Both the position numbers and the translations under genes were made by a program. Under the pieces are notes generated by a model. That model was given only the letters and a program-made list of their open reading frames with translations, had not been told where the DNA came from and ran no database searches. A stretch of 47,359 nt of DNA from Candidatus Woesearchaeota archaeon (GTDB lineage: Archaea; Nanobdellota; Nanobdellia; SCGC-AAA011-G17; DATDVL01): positions 1 through 47,359 of the forward strand of contig CAYIRJ010000004.1 in NCBI GenBank assembly GCA_964365915.1. The letters run 5' to 3'. This document shows, one piece after another, positions 45,931-47,359 of this stretch (positions are counted from its first letter, which is position 1; every line of letters starts with the position of its first letter).

Positions 45931-47327
45931 TAGGGAGTGTACATTTTATGCGCCTTCTTAAAGATATCATACAACAACAATGCTTCAGTTTTAGCGCTAT
46001 CGTTTGCTGCCTTTTTCTCAACAGCTAGTTCCTTCTTTGATACTACTCTTTCTTTTTCTTCCTTGTCTTCAGTTTTCCACTGGAAGGGAATTTTTCCTAT
46101 TTCTGCAAAGCCAGAAAGCAAGGCTTTGAATGGCTCGAAAAGAGAATTGGATTCCTTTTGCTTTTTTTCTTCAGCAATGGGATACAAGCCTTGCACATTC
46201 TCCAGCTTGTACAGCTCTACTGCTTCCTTCAGATATTTATCCAGGTCATCCTTCAATGCCTCGACTGTCTGGTCCACTGCAGCAAGCACTTCAAAAGTGT
46301 CATAGTCCTGTTGTTTTTTGTACATTTCCAAGTCTTCTTTCTTGGCAACAAATCCTTCGATAGTGATTTCTGTATGACCTGTATGAATAGCGCCGCGCTG
46401 GTATTCTTGCTGGTATGCCATCTGCGGAATCGTCACATGCTTGATGCGCGCCCTGATGACAGGAAAATACTTTGCAAAAAACCGTTCTTCCTTGTTGCCA
46501 TAGTACGTTTCTATTTCGTATCTCTTTCGGATGGCAATGACCTCCAGCTCAATCTTTGCAGTATCAAATGCAGTAGCAATATCATAGCTTGCGAGGTCTG
46601 CGCGCTGCTGCAGTTTTTTGATATTTTCCAAGTACGGCTTGAGCCACTGCGCATACATCTTGATGATATTGAATTCCTGGATCAGATACACCAGCACAAA
46701 CTTTCTGCGTTGACGTAATTCCCGCTCGGTATTGTCACGCCATAAGATGTACTGCTCCAGCTTTCTTTTCAGCACTTCCCTCACTTTCCTGTTGATGCCT
46801 TTGCTTTCATAGCCCTCTACAATTTTATCTACGCTTTCTCCTGACTTGACAAACGTATCGAAGAACAGATCAGGCAACGTAACAAATCCTACTTGGCTTG
46901 CCAATCCATAGACAGAAGAAGGATTCTTTCCTGCGCCTTCCACAATATCTACCCAGATGCCTTTTAACGCAATGTCTGCTGCTTTTTCTCCTTTCAGAAT
47001 GCCATCGTAAAATCCTAAACGCTCATCAAGAATGCGGAGCTCGCGAATGATCTGGAACAAGTCCTTGATGAATTTTCCGATGTTGGCAAGATATTGTCCT
47101 ACCCGATCCTGCTGGACTCCCTTGCGCTGCTCTACATTTCCCCAGTAAGAAGAAGTTTCTGCAGAGGTATAGACATCCTTGATCTTGATGATCTCTCCAT
47201 TTTCTCCGGAGAACTCCCTGCCAAACGCCCCTGCCTTTTCCAGATAGCGGATGATCCAGAAATAATAGCGCTCCACATTTGCAGTAGGAGCATTGATAGT
47301 AATGCGAAAAGGGCCTCCATCATCCAC
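45930..47327 (-). CDS. Hypothetical protein (465 aa), first gene of the three-gene operon
   Basis: Long ORF with a 1-nt stop/start overlap with the next gene. The N-terminus may extend beyond the window edge. Confidence 0.5.
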   Translation of the reverse strand: MDDGGPFRITINAPTANVERYYFWIIRYLEKAGAFGREFSGENGEIIKIKDVYTSAETSSYWGNVEQRKGVQQDRVGQYLANIGKFIKDLFQIIRELRILDERLGFYDGILKGEKAADIALKGIWVDIVEGAGKNPSSVYGLASQVGFVTLPDLFFDTFVKSGESVDKIVEGYESKGINRKVREVLKRKLEQYILWRDNTERELRQRRKFVLVYLIQEFNIIKMYAQWLKPYLENIKKLQQRADLASYDIATAFDTAKIELEVIAIRKRYEIETYYGNKEERFFAKYFPVIRARIKHVTIPQMAYQQEYQRGAIHTGHTEITIEGFVAKKEDLEMYKKQQDYDTFEVLAAVDQTVEALKDDLDKYLKEAVELYKLENVQGLYPIAEEKKQKESNSLFEPFKALLSGFAEIGKIPFQWKTEDKEEKERVVSKKELAVEKKAANDSAKTEALLLYDIFKKAHKMYTP

Positions 47328-47359
47328 AGGCCTTTTGAAGCTTTCGGGAAGTTCCCAGC

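Noticed and set aside
1-47359. CRISPR arrays or other regularly spaced direct repeats.
   Set aside because: No periodic repeat-spacer structure was seen by eye. The only exact repeats noticed are the two 23-nt IS ends.

Overview
The window is an AT-rich archaeal chromosome segment, probably from a DPANN- or euryarchaeon-like lineage. Supporting this: RNA polymerase subunits B and A are each split into two genes, and the window carries rpoH, L30e, L10e, L35Ae, EF-2, EF-1alpha and intron-containing tRNAs. Positions 469-25583 carry the conserved archaeal transcription/translation supercluster: tRNA-Asp and tRNA-Lys (both with introns), then rpoH, rpoB'', rpoB', rpoA', rpoA'' (with a 478-aa LAGLIDADG intein), L30e, nusA, S12, S7, EF-2, EF-1alpha and S10. 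This normally contiguous cluster is broken at four places by lower-GC insertions (roughly 30-38% GC against 45-48% for the core, estimated by eye from sampled lines, not computed). The first is a two-gene antisense insert between nusA and rps12 that encodes a 403-aa protein with a recognisable bacterial sigma-70 region 2 (DLIQ...) and a near-canonical region 4.2 helix-turn-helix (TLEEVG..VTRERIRQI..KAL.KL). The second is a single antisense ORF between rps7 and fusA. The third is several small ORFs between fusA and tuf. The fourth is a six-gene glycosylation operon between tuf and rps10: two GT4 glycosyltransferases, an APH/Kdo-kinase-like kinase, an RraA-like putative pyruvate aldolase, a DUF115(Maf/MptE-like)::CMP-sugar cytidylyltransferase fusion, and a histidine phosphatase. 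Downstream lies a short IS200/IS605-like element with identical 23-nt hairpin repeats, inserted into the 3' end of a VOC-family gene. Its TnpA appears to lack the catalytic Tyr. The accessory region beyond contains an anomalous intron-bearing tRNA-like gene, a truncated Dph2 relic, and a PhoU-like regulator. It also has an APH-like kinase divergent from a nucleotidyltransferase-HEPN-like protein, with a second NTase paralog elsewhere. There is an isolated L35Ae-L10e pair, a PEP-utiliser-like protein, and operons of small secreted or lipoproteins carrying DxDGDG motifs. Two small ORFs are missing from the ORF track: a 40-aa zinc ribbon and a 53-aa VapB-like protein. The window ends with an operon encoding a xylose-isomerase-like TIM barrel interrupted by a roughly 300-aa charged insertion. 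No CRISPR array was found. Promoter-like TATA boxes sit 24-28 nt upstream of many start codons, suggesting leaderless transcripts.
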